A stretch of DNA of 64,000 nt from Myxococcales bacterium UBA1660 (lineage in GTDB: Bacteria; Myxococcota_A; Polyangia; Polyangiales; Houyiibacteriaceae), in the NCBI GenBank assembly GCA_002320815.1, contig DCLA01000010.1, positions 95,991-159,990 on the forward strand. The letters run 5' to 3'. Shown here in pieces: positions 38,509 through 46,694 of the stretch (position 1 is the first letter of the stretch; the number at the start of each line of letters is the position of its first letter). The notes below the pieces were generated by a model, which was given only the letters and a program-made list of their open reading frames with translations, was not told the origin of the DNA and ran no database searches. A program made the position numbers and the translations under genes.

Positions 38509-40389
38509 ATGAAGGCGCTCCTCAAGGTCGGCTACGGCTGCAACGACCACTGCACCTTCTGCCACACCCTCGACATCCGCGAGATCCAGGGCAGCGACGC
38601 CGAGGTGCGCGCCAAGATCCGCCGCGCCAAGGAGCTGGGCCACACCATGGTGGTCCTCAGCGGCGGCGAGCCGACCATCCGCCCGGAGCTCATGGCCTGG
38701 GCGGAGTACGCGGCCAGCCTGGACCTCGACTTCGGCCTGGTGACCAACGGGCGCCTGTTGGCCTACCCCGACGTGATCGAGGAGCTCCTCGGGCACCGCC
38801 TGCGCTACGTGTACCTCTCGCTCCACGGCGGGTCGCGGCGGGTCCACGACCTCCTGGTGCGCGCCCGGGCCTTCGACGAGACCTACGGCGCGCTGAAGAA
38901 CCTCTCCGGGACCGGGGTCGACCTGCACGTGAACTGCGTGGTGACCCGGCGGAACGTGGACAAGCTGCGCGAGCTGGTCGACGCGGTGCTCCCGTACCCC
39001 GACGCCACCCTGAAGATGTCGATGGTCGAGCCCAAAGGGGGGGGCGACAAGCACTTCCAGCGGATGATGCCGCGCATCGCCGAGGTGGCCGCGAAGGTCG
39101 CCGACGCCATCCGCTACGGCGAGGCCCAGCGGGGCGACGCGCCGGGTCCCCACTTCCGGCACGGGGCCATCCCCCTGTGCCTACTGCCCGGGCTCGAAGA
39201 CCGCTTCGACGACCTCAAGACCCACCGCTACGCCACCATGGTCGAGGTGGGCGAGGCGGACTACTTCCCCGTCGACGACCGCAACAAGCTCCAGCCCGAG
39301 CCCTGCGCCGGGTGCGCCCTCGCCGGGCCCTGCCCGGGGCTCTACCGCGGCTACCACGAGGTCCACGGCGCCGACGAGCTGCGCCCGGTCCCCAGTGGGC
39401 CGCGGGCGAACAGCTACGACTACGTGCTCGAGGCCCTCGTGCCCGATCGGCTCGGCAGCGACCAGTGCCCCCTCCGAGACGGCGGCCTGGGCGTGACCCC
39501 CTGGGATCGGGGCCGGCAACTCTTCGTGCGCCACGGCGGCAAGCTGGCCCGCTACCGCGCGCCCACCCGCGACTTCTCGGACGTGGCCATCGAGACCACC
39601 AAGCACGAGGTGGGGCAGATCTACTACGACGTCTCCGGCAAGGTGGCCCCCGACGACTTCGCCCGGGACCTGGTGCCGCTCCAGCGCGCGGCGGTCTGCG
39701 GCGACTGCCCGGAGCGCCCCCACTGCGTCGGGCTCCACGAGCCCCGGCTGGAGCCGCTCTTCGCGCGCGACGAGGCCGAGCTCGAGGCGCTCCTCGGGGC
39801 CCTCGAAGGCGACGTGCTCGACGTGGGCTGCGGCGACGGCCGCTCGTTGCCGGCCATGGCCGAGGCGGCGCGCGCGGGGCGCCTCCGGTATCTCGGCGTC
39901 GACCCGGACGTGGAGGCCCTGGCGTCCCTCGGGCGGGCGCACTCTTGGGCCCGCTTCGCGACCGGCACCGCCGAGGCGCTGCCCCTGGGGCCCGCCGAGC
40001 GCTTCGACCACGTGTTGCTGCTCCGGAGCTGGAATCACCTGCGGGAGCCCGTCGCCGCCGCGGAGCACCTCTGGGGCCGGCTCCGGCCGGGCGGGACCCT
40101 GCTGGTGGTCGACGACGTGCCTTTCGGGCTGGCCCGGAGTCGGCGCGCGACCCGGCGCGCGCAGGCCGGTTCGGCCATCTGGGAGCATCTGCGCAACGAC
40201 GACGCCGGCGCGGCCCTGGCGCGCCTTCGGAGCCTCGGCGGAGCGCTGGTGCTCCGGCGCGACGTGGGCCGGGACACCAGCAACCGCTGGATCCTCCGCT
40301 TGCGTAAAGCGCCCGAAGCGGAGCGTGCGCACGGCCAATCGGCGGCCAACTCTGATATGGAAGACGCCGAGCCCCTGCAGACCGGATGA
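38509..40389 (+). CDS. Radical SAM enzyme with Cys-rich auxiliary region, fused to a C-terminal class I SAM methyltransferase
   Basis: ATG at 38509. The CxxxCxxC motif 'GYGCNDHCTFCH' has its Cys codons at 38539, 38551 and 38560. 'VVLSGGEPT' is present. Cys clusters are 'PEPCAGCALAGPCPG' and 'AAVCGDCPERPHC'. Methyltransferase motif I 'VLDVGCGDGRSL' is at about 39814-39849. Confidence 0.85.
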   Translation: MKALLKVGYGCNDHCTFCHTLDIREIQGSDAEVRAKIRRAKELGHTMVVLSGGEPTIRPELMAWAEYAASLDLDFGLVTNGRLLAYPDVIEELLGHRLRYVYLSLHGGSRRVHDLLVRARAFDETYGALKNLSGTGVDLHVNCVVTRRNVDKLRELVDAVLPYPDATLKMSMVEPKGGGDKHFQRMMPRIAEVAAKVADAIRYGEAQRGDAPGPHFRHGAIPLCLLPGLEDRFDDLKTHRYATMVEVGEADYFPVDDRNKLQPEPCAGCALAGPCPGLYRGYHEVHGADELRPVPSGPRANSYDYVLEALVPDRLGSDQCPLRDGGLGVTPWDRGRQLFVRHGGKLARYRAPTRDFSDVAIETTKHEVGQIYYDVSGKVAPDDFARDLVPLQRAAVCGDCPERPHCVGLHEPRLEPLFARDEAELEALLGALEGDVLDVGCGDGRSLPAMAEAARAGRLRYLGVDPDVEALASLGRAHSWARFATGTAEALPLGPAERFDHVLLLRSWNHLREPVAAAEHLWGRLRPGGTLLVVDDVPFGLARSRRATRRAQAGSAIWEHLRNDDAGAALARLRSLGGALVLRRDVGRDTSNRWILRLRKAPEAERAHGQSAANSDMEDAEPLQTG

Positions 40390-40399
40390 TGAGGAGTCG

Positions 40400-40885
40400 A
40401 TGAGCGAGCCCCTGGAAGCCACCCCCCACGCCTTCGTCCGCGCGGATCGCGAAGACGGCAGCGTCTCCTTCGTCGTCGACGAGTCGGTCTACCCGCTCGA
40501 GGCGATCTACGGCGCGACCTTCACGTTCCTGGACCGCTGCTTCGTCTTCCTCGGCCGGGAAGGGGAGGGCCAGGTGCGGGTGGTGCTGAGCGCCAAGAAG
40601 CTGCCCATCGCCGACGACGAGCTGCGCGGCTGGGTCGGGGAGCTGGCCAACGAGCTGCTCGCCTGCGCCTGGCGCGGCCGCATCCTCGAGCAGAACCGGG
40701 CCACCATCGAGGCGGTGACCAGCCAGGCCATCGGCGGCGCCATGGGGCCGCCCAGCCTGGACGAGCTGGAGGACTTCGACTTCAGCGAGGAGCCCTTCGA
40801 GGACCCGCTCGGCATCGCGATGAGCTGGGAAGAGAAGTACGGCAAGAAGGACAAGAGCCAGGGCGGCGAGACGGAGGGCACGTGA
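40400..40885 (+). CDS. HxsD-like small protein with acidic C-terminal tail
   Basis: GAGGAG Shine-Dalgarno at 40391-40396, ATG at 40400. 'VYPLEAIYGATFTFLDRCFVFL...WVGELANELLACAWRGRILEQNRATIEAV' resembles, from memory, the His-Xaa-Ser system protein HxsD family. It shares a 'GELAN' motif with the next ORF. Confidence 0.6.
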   Translation: MSEPLEATPHAFVRADREDGSVSFVVDESVYPLEAIYGATFTFLDRCFVFLGREGEGQVRVVLSAKKLPIADDELRGWVGELANELLACAWRGRILEQNRATIEAVTSQAIGGAMGPPSLDELEDFDFSEEPFEDPLGIAMSWEEKYGKKDKSQGGETEGT

Positions 40886-41109
40886 AGGCCCTGCGCTTCG
40901 CCAAGGACCTCTACGTCGGCGAGCAGGTCGACGCGGCGGTGAAGGTCTACGGTCGCTTCGGGACCCTGGAGCTCGCCGAAGACGAGGACGCCTGGATCGT
41001 GACCGTCGACGCCCAGACCGACGCCCGCACCCGCCGCCTGGCGGGCGAGCTGGCCAACTACGCGCTGGGCCTGACCATCCGGCAGCACCGCGGGGAGGGC
41101 GCGTCGTGA
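40882..41109 (+). CDS. Small protein (75 aa), partial paralog of the preceding HxsD-like protein
   Basis: GTG at 40882 overlaps the upstream TGA. The sequence is 'MKALRFAKDLYVGEQVDAAVKVYGRFGTLELAEDEDAWIVTVDAQ...RRLAGELANYALGLTIRQH'. It is coupled at both ends. Confidence 0.55.
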   Translation: MKALRFAKDLYVGEQVDAAVKVYGRFGTLELAEDEDAWIVTVDAQTDARTRRLAGELANYALGLTIRQHRGEGAS

Positions 41110-42608
41110 GCGAACGACTCTTCGGGGCGATGACGCCCGAGACCTTCGACGCTCGGCAGCCGGCGTTCTTCCGGTTCCGGCAGCTCCCCATGGCTCCGGA
41201 CAAGGTGGTGCTGAGCAACCTCGAGGGGCGCTGGCTGGTCCTCGATCGACCGGACTTCCTGGCCTTCGCCCAGGGCCAGGTGAGCGAGGGGACCCCGCTC
41301 TTCCAGAAGCTCCGGGAGCGCAACTTCCTCCGGGCCTACTACGACGTCCCCGCCGCGACGGAGATGGTCCGCGCCCGGCACGAGTTCGTCGGCGCGGGCC
41401 CCAACCTGCACATCCTGGTGCTCACCCTCCGGTGCAACACCACCTGCGTCTACTGCCACGCCTCCCGGGCGAACATGGACCAGGTCGACACCGACATGAC
41501 GGTGGAGATCGCGGAGAAGTCGGTGGACTTCATCCTGCAGTCCACCAACCCGGCGGTGACCATCGAGTTCCAGGGGGGCGAGCCCCTGGTGCGCTTCGAC
41601 CTGCTCCAGCACGTGGTCCGCTACGCCAACGAGCGGAACGAGGCCATCGGCAAGGAGATCGACTTCACGCTGGTCACCAACCTCTCCCTCATGGACGAGG
41701 AGAAGCTGGACTGGCTCATCGAGAACCGGGTGCAGATCTGCACCAGCGTCGACGGCCCCCAGGACGTCCACGATAAGCAGCGGAAGCTGCCCAAGGCGAG
41801 CGCCCACGGCGAGGCCGTGAAGTGGATCGGGCGCATCAACGAGCGGTACGAAGAGCTCGGCCTGGACCAGACCCTCTACCACGTGGAGGCCCTGGTCACG
41901 ACGACCCGGCCCATCCTCGACCGCTGGAAGGAGCTGGTCGATCTCTACGTGGACCTCGGGTGCCGCGCGCTCTTCCTGCGGCCCCTCGACCCCTTCGGCT
42001 TCGCCGACAAGACCAAGCGGCTCATCGAGTACCCGCGCGCCGACTACGTCACGTACTACCGCAACGCGGTGGACTACATGATCGAGCTCAACAAGGGCGG
42101 CGTGGAGATCCTGGAGCGCTACGCGGCGATCTTCCTGACGAAAATCCTCAGCGGCGTGGACCCCAACTTCCTCGACATCCGGCAGCCCTCGGGCGCCGGC
42201 ATCGGGCAGCTCGCCTACTCGTACGACGGGAAGATCTTCACCTGCGACGAGGGGCGCATGCTCCACGAGATGGGCGACGACACCTTCGAGATCGGGCACG
42301 TGATGACCTCGAAGTACCGCGACGTGGTCGGCCACGAGGCGGTCCGCGCGGTGGTCATCGCCAGCCAGCTCGACGGGCAGCCGGACTGCGTCCACTGCCC
42401 CTACCAGCCCTACTGCGGGATCCCGCCGGTGCACTCGCACCGCATCCAGGGGACCCTGCTCGGTCGCATGCGCGAGAGTTCCCTGTGCGCCGTCCACAAA
42501 GGCATCCAGGACTACCTCTTCGAGAAGCTCGCCAGCGGCGACGAGGAGACCCTCCGAGTCCTCGAGAAGTGGACCACCATCCGCCCCCGCGACCACTTCG
42601 TGCAGTAG
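41106..42608 (+). CDS. Radical SAM/SPASM-domain maturase, HxsB-like
   Basis: GTG at 41106 overlaps the upstream TGA. An N-terminal domain of about 100 aa contains 'FFRFRQLP...VLSNLEGRWLVLDRPDFLAF'. The CxxxCxxC motif 'LTLRCNTTCVYCHA' has its Cys codons at 41433, 41445 and 41454. The C-terminal motif 'CVHCPYQPYC' (Cx2Cx5C) is SPASM/twitch-like. Confidence 0.8.
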   Translation: MSERLFGAMTPETFDARQPAFFRFRQLPMAPDKVVLSNLEGRWLVLDRPDFLAFAQGQVSEGTPLFQKLRERNFLRAYYDVPAATEMVRARHEFVGAGPNLHILVLTLRCNTTCVYCHASRANMDQVDTDMTVEIAEKSVDFILQSTNPAVTIEFQGGEPLVRFDLLQHVVRYANERNEAIGKEIDFTLVTNLSLMDEEKLDWLIENRVQICTSVDGPQDVHDKQRKLPKASAHGEAVKWIGRINERYEELGLDQTLYHVEALVTTTRPILDRWKELVDLYVDLGCRALFLRPLDPFGFADKTKRLIEYPRADYVTYYRNAVDYMIELNKGGVEILERYAAIFLTKILSGVDPNFLDIRQPSGAGIGQLAYSYDGKIFTCDEGRMLHEMGDDTFEIGHVMTSKYRDVVGHEAVRAVVIASQLDGQPDCVHCPYQPYCGIPPVHSHRIQGTLLGRMRESSLCAVHKGIQDYLFEKLASGDEETLRVLEKWTTIRPRDHFVQ

Positions 42609-42661
42609 CGGCCAGGGGACGACGCCGCCACGACGCACCGAGCGGCCGAGCCGCGCGGGGG

Positions 42662-42876
42662 GCCGGAGGAGGAGCGCGAAGCGCGACGACGCACCGAGCG
42701 GCAACGCCGCGAGCTCTTCAGGTTTATGGGGAGGGCGAGGAGCGATGTCGCGACGAGCCGCGCGGGGCAGTGCCGGAGGAGGAGCGCGAAGCGCGACGAC
42801 GCACCGAGCGGCGAAGCCGCGAGCTCTTCAGGTTTATGGGGAGGGCGAGGAGCGATTCACTCGCGACGAGCCGGGG
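42662..42876. repeat. Non-coding tandem direct repeat, 110-bp period, two full copies plus a partial upstream copy (about 42619-42661)
   Basis: 'gccggaggaggagcgcgaagcgcgacgacgcaccgagcggc(a/g)a(c/a)gccgcgagctcttcaggtttatggggagggcgaggagcgat' begins at 42662 and again at 42772. Each copy is followed by 'tcgcgacgagccg(cgc)gggg'. The period is not a multiple of 3. Confidence 0.9.
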
Positions 42877-43747
42877 GATTTTTCAAAATCCCCCCAACAG
42901 CTCTAGCATGATCGCCGCGGCCGAGATCGATCCGCTCCAGGCAGAGGCCGTGGGCGGGGGCGGTGGGGCCGCCTTCCTCGCGGCGGCCCTCGGGGCCCAG
43001 GAGGCGGGCCACCTGGTCGGGGTTCATCCGGTGGCGGCCCACGTCGAGCAGGGTGCCGGCGAGGATGCGCACCATGTTCTTCATGAACGCGGTCCCCTCG
43101 ACCTCGATGGCCAGCCGGTCGGGGCGGCCGGCCCAGTCGGGCACCACGTCGATGCGGGTCATCGTGCGCTCGGTGTTCTCGCGGTCGTCGCTGGCCGCGC
43201 GGAAGGCGCGGAAGTCGTGGGTGCCCACCAGGTGCGCCGCCGCCTCGCGCATGCGCTCGAGGTCCAGGTAGTCGGCCACCACCTCGCGGCGCTCCGCGCG
43301 CGGCACGTCGGGTCGCGAGTGCTGGGGGCCCACCCGCCAGGTCGTGCGACGCAGCAGCGGGTCGGTGGTCTCGCCCACGACCACCTGGTAGCGGTAGAGC
43401 TTCCCCGCGGCGTCGTTCCGGGGGTCGTAGCGACGATCCACCGCACAGGCGCTGCGGACGGAGACGTCTTCGGGGAGGAGGCCGTTGAGCCCCAGGGTGT
43501 AGGCCTTCTCCGGGAGCTCGCGGTCGCAGGCGAAGCTCACCACCTGGCCGCGAGCGTGGACCCCGGCGTCGGTGCGGCTGGCGCCCCGCATCCGGGAGGT
43601 CTCCAGGCTCAGGGCCTTCAGCGCCTTCTCCAGCGTGGACTGGACGGTGCGGACCTTCGGCTGCGCCTGCCAGCCATGGAAGTCCGTCCCATCGTAGGAG
43701 ACGATCAGGCGCACGCCGTAGGGCAGGCGCGGCTCGCGACGGGCCAT
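42857..43747 (-). CDS. truA: tRNA pseudouridine(38-40) synthase
   Basis: ATG at 43747 begins 'MARREPRLPYGVRLIVSYDGTDFHGWQAQ'. The catalytic motif is 'RTDAGVHARGQV'. The C-terminal tail ('...GILKNPPARRE') is encoded by the palindrome/repeat region. Confidence 0.9.
   Translation of the reverse strand: MARREPRLPYGVRLIVSYDGTDFHGWQAQPKVRTVQSTLEKALKALSLETSRMRGASRTDAGVHARGQVVSFACDRELPEKAYTLGLNGLLPEDVSVRSACAVDRRYDPRNDAAGKLYRYQVVVGETTDPLLRRTTWRVGPQHSRPDVPRAERREVVADYLDLERMREAAAHLVGTHDFRAFRAASDDRENTERTMTRIDVVPDWAGRPDRLAIEVEGTAFMKNMVRILAGTLLDVGRHRMNPDQVARLLGPEGRREEGGPTAPAHGLCLERIDLGRGDHARAVGGILKNPPARRE
42873..42894. repeat. Perfect 10-bp-arm palindrome
   Basis: GGGGGATTTT-tc-AAAATCCCCC. It lies at the 3' edge of the tandem repeat, inside the last codons of truA. 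Neither side has a T-run, so it is not a canonical intrinsic terminator. Confidence 0.85.
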
Positions 43748-43751
43748 GGGC

Positions 43752-44462
43752 TCAGAAGGTGAGGCCGAGGCCGCCGGTCCAGGCCAGCGAGCTGCCGCCG
43801 AAGTCGGCGGTGGAGCCGAAGAGCTCGAAGAGCAGGTAGGAGTGGTTGATGCCCCACTCGTCGTCGAGGTTGCGGGCCCGGCGCGGGTTGATGAAGTCCA
43901 GTTCGAGGGCCACCTGGGCACCCCAGTGGAAGCCGAAGGAGCGGCCCTCGGCCTCGGTGGTCGAGCCGTTCTCGATGGACGAGAAGATCATGTCCAGGCC
44001 GAGCTTGCCGGCGAAGACCAGCGGGATGTTCAGCTCCCGGGCCAGCACGTCGACGCGCAGGACCAGCAGGGCCTGCAGCGGGAAGATGCGGAACTTCAGC
44101 TCCTGGTCCACGCTGCTGCCGTCGGTGGGCGGCGTGCACTCGAGGTTCACGCAGCCGTCGGCGGTGTAGCGGGCCCAGTTGAAGCGGACGCCGCCGCCGA
44201 GGAGACCCACATAGGGGATCCGCAGGGGGATGACGTCGAGCTCGAGCCCGAGCATGGGCCCGATGTCGTCGCCGAAGACCGTGTCGAACGCGCCGCTGCC
44301 GACGTCCGGCGAGTAGCCGCCGACCCGGAGCTCGAAGGCGAAGTACTCCGGGGACTCGGTCGGCTGGTCGTAGGCGTCCGAGTAGGTGTACTGGGCCTCG
44401 GCGGTCGAGCCGAAGAGGGCCGCGAGGGCGGCGACCAAGAGGGTGGTGTGGATGCGGTTCAT
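43752..44462 (-). CDS. Outer-membrane beta-barrel protein
   Basis: ATG at 44462 gives the signal 'MNRIHTTLLVAALAALFGSTAEAQ'. Alternating beta-strand pattern, with a terminal 'GGLGLTF' (C-terminal Phe). Confidence 0.75.
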   Translation of the reverse strand: MNRIHTTLLVAALAALFGSTAEAQYTYSDAYDQPTESPEYFAFELRVGGYSPDVGSGAFDTVFGDDIGPMLGLELDVIPLRIPYVGLLGGGVRFNWARYTADGCVNLECTPPTDGSSVDQELKFRIFPLQALLVLRVDVLARELNIPLVFAGKLGLDMIFSSIENGSTTEAEGRSFGFHWGAQVALELDFINPRRARNLDDEWGINHSYLLFELFGSTADFGGSSLAWTGGLGLTF

Positions 44463-45436
44463 CGACGGCGCCTCGAGCGGAGCACCAGGCCGAGGGCCAG
44501 GAAGCCCCAGAGGGGAGCCTGACCTACAGGGGACCCGCCCGCGCTGCAACCATCCGGGCAGGTGCCGCCCTCGGCGGTGTGCACGTCGCAGAATCCCATG
44601 ACCGAGATGCGGGTCACGCAGATCGCCGAGGAGGCGGTGCCCTCGTTGCCGGCCTGGTCGACGGCGACCACGTACACGCTGGCGCTCTCCCCGACCGCCA
44701 GGCCCATGGTCTCGGGGTTGATGGTGGCCGAGCTGGCGCCGACGTTGGTGGTGCTGACCAGGGTGCGCTCCTCGGTCCCCCCGTCGCCGGTCGAGGAGCC
44801 GCAGGCGCCGCCGCGGTAGATCCGGTAGTAGGTCTGGGTCTCGCTGAGGGCGGTCCAGGTGATCTGCACCGCGCTGTCACCCTGCAACGTGTCCTGGTCG
44901 ACGGTCACCGCCGTCGGACCGTTCGGGTCCACCAGCAGGCTGACGAAGCCGTAGTTGCTGCCCACGTCGCCGGTCTCGTTCGCGTTGTCGGTGGTCAACG
45001 CGAAGATGCGCACCGTGGTGCCGCTGCTGGTGGTCGAGGAGCAGGCGGTGCTGGCGCCCTCCAGGATCTGGTCCAGGGGCACGAAGAAAGTGCGCGTGTC
45101 CGAGAGGTCCACGGTGCCGATGTTCGTGCAGGTCGCGGTGTCCGGCGCGCGGGCCGCGGTGGTGCTGCAGTCGTTGGAGCTGGTGGTCACCCAGAGGTCC
45201 ACGAAGTTGGTGTTCGTGATCGCCGACGGCGACGTGACGGTCACGCCCGCGGAGCTGGGATCGTCACAGGCGGCGGCGCTCAGACCGCGGGCCACGCACT
45301 CGCTGGTGTTGCAGGTCTCGCCGTTGCCCATGAGCGCGGTCGCGCTCAGGTTCAGCGGGTTCGACTGGGCAGCGGCCAGACCGGGTCCGGTCAGCAGGGC
45401 GGCCAGGAGCACGCCGGGGATGGAGAGAGTCCTCAT
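44459..45436 (-). CDS. Secreted Thr/Ser-rich protein with MYXO-CTERM sorting domain
   Basis: The signal is 'MRTLSIPGVLLAALLTGPGLAAAQ'. The C-terminus 'CPDGCSAGGSPVGQAPLWGFLALGLVLRSRRRR' is Cys, then TM, then an Arg cluster (the MYXO-CTERM pattern). The stop overlaps the start of the OMP gene (ATGA). Confidence 0.8.
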   Translation of the reverse strand: MRTLSIPGVLLAALLTGPGLAAAQSNPLNLSATALMGNGETCNTSECVARGLSAAACDDPSSAGVTVTSPSAITNTNFVDLWVTTSSNDCSTTAARAPDTATCTNIGTVDLSDTRTFFVPLDQILEGASTACSSTTSSGTTVRIFALTTDNANETGDVGSNYGFVSLLVDPNGPTAVTVDQDTLQGDSAVQITWTALSETQTYYRIYRGGACGSSTGDGGTEERTLVSTTNVGASSATINPETMGLAVGESASVYVVAVDQAGNEGTASSAICVTRISVMGFCDVHTAEGGTCPDGCSAGGSPVGQAPLWGFLALGLVLRSRRRR

Positions 45437-45604
45437 CGCGGTGGGGTTTAGCAAGGTTCGAGCCATGGAAGGAAAGAGAAAAGCGGGCAGTTTTCGATGC
45501 GATGGGCGGGGCGCCCGCTTGTCATCCTGACACCCGGGGGCCATGGGGGCCCGCCGCGCTGACAGCATGGCGAACCCCGGGGTTCTTCGGAGCAGGGGGC
45601 GGCC

Positions 45605-46588
45605 TCAGAGGAAGAGGCCCTCGGCGATCTGCACGGCGTTCAACGCCGCGCCCTTGCGGAGGTTGTCCGAGACGACCCACATCTGCAGGCCGCCGGGGTT
45701 GCCCACGTCCTCGCGGATGCGGCCCACGTAGACCGGGTCGGTGCCCGCGGCCTTCAGCGGGGTCGGGTAGACTCCGTTGGGGAAGTCGTCGACGACCTCG
45801 ATCCCCGCGGCCTCGCTCAGGATCTTCCGGGCGGTGGCGGCGTCCATGGGCTCGGTGAGCTCCAGGGTGACCGACTCCGAGTGGCCGTTGACCACCGGGA
45901 CCCGGACCGCCGTCGGGGAGACCCGGATGCTGGCGTCTCCCAGAATCTTGCGGGTCTCGTTGACCATCTTCAGCTCTTCCTCCTGGTAGGCGCCGGCGGC
46001 GTCGACCGACCAGTGCATCAAGAGGTTGCCGGCGAGCTGGCCCTTCAGGGCCGCGCCCTCGCCGCCCTTCATCTGCTCTTCGAGGGCGTCGACGGCGGCG
46101 GCGCCGGCGCCGCTGATGGCCTGGTAGGTGGACACCACGATGCGTTTCACCGGGTTCACCCGGTGGATCGGCGCCACGGCGACGACCATCTGGATGGTCG
46201 AGCAGTTGGGGTTGGCGATGATCCCCTTGGGCCGGGTCTTGGCCGCCTCGAGGTTCACCTCGGGGACCACCAGCGGACACTCGGGATCGGAGCGGAAGGC
46301 GGAGGAGTTGTCGATGACCACCGCGCCCTTGGCGGCGGCGACGGGGCTCCACTCCTTGGAGGGACCGCTGCCCGCCGAGAAGAGGGCCACGTCGACCCCC
46401 TCGAAGTGCTCGGCGGCGATCTCCTTCACCACATGGGTCTTGCCCTGGAACGTGACCTCGGTGCCCGCGCTCCGGGCCGAAGCGAGCGGAACCAGCTCGG
46501 ACACGGGGAACGCGCGCTGCTCGAGGACGCGGAGCATTTCTCGGCCCACCATCCCGGTGGCGCCAGCGACTGCAACTCGGAAGCTCAT
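45605..46588 (-). CDS. asd: Aspartate-semialdehyde dehydrogenase
   Basis: ATG at 46588 begins 'MSFRVAVAGATGMVGREM'. The active-site motif is 'IANPNCSTIQMV'. Also 'STYQAISGAG'. Confidence 0.93.
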   Translation of the reverse strand: MSFRVAVAGATGMVGREMLRVLEQRAFPVSELVPLASARSAGTEVTFQGKTHVVKEIAAEHFEGVDVALFSAGSGPSKEWSPVAAAKGAVVIDNSSAFRSDPECPLVVPEVNLEAAKTRPKGIIANPNCSTIQMVVAVAPIHRVNPVKRIVVSTYQAISGAGAAAVDALEEQMKGGEGAALKGQLAGNLLMHWSVDAAGAYQEEELKMVNETRKILGDASIRVSPTAVRVPVVNGHSESVTLELTEPMDAATARKILSEAAGIEVVDDFPNGVYPTPLKAAGTDPVYVGRIREDVGNPGGLQMWVVSDNLRKGAALNAVQIAEGLFL

Positions 46589-46694
46589 GCGCTGTGAATG
46601 GCACGGGCGCGGGCGCTGGGCCAGTGATCCCCCCGGGAAATCGGGCGAAATCGGGGGAAAGGGCGGCCGCTGGCCTCGGCGCCGGGCTCGGTTC

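Noticed and set aside
42662-42876. The tandem repeats downstream of the radical-SAM cassette as repeated RiPP precursor (HxsA-like) genes.
   Set aside because: The 110-bp period is not a multiple of 3, so the copies are read in different frames. There is no His-Xaa-Ser pattern in any frame. No start codon lies at a sensible distance from the GGAGGAGG motif.
42873-42894. The GGGGGATTTT/AAAATCCCCC palindrome as a bidirectional intrinsic terminator.
   Set aside because: There is no U/T-run on either side. It also lies upstream of the truA stop codon rather than after it.
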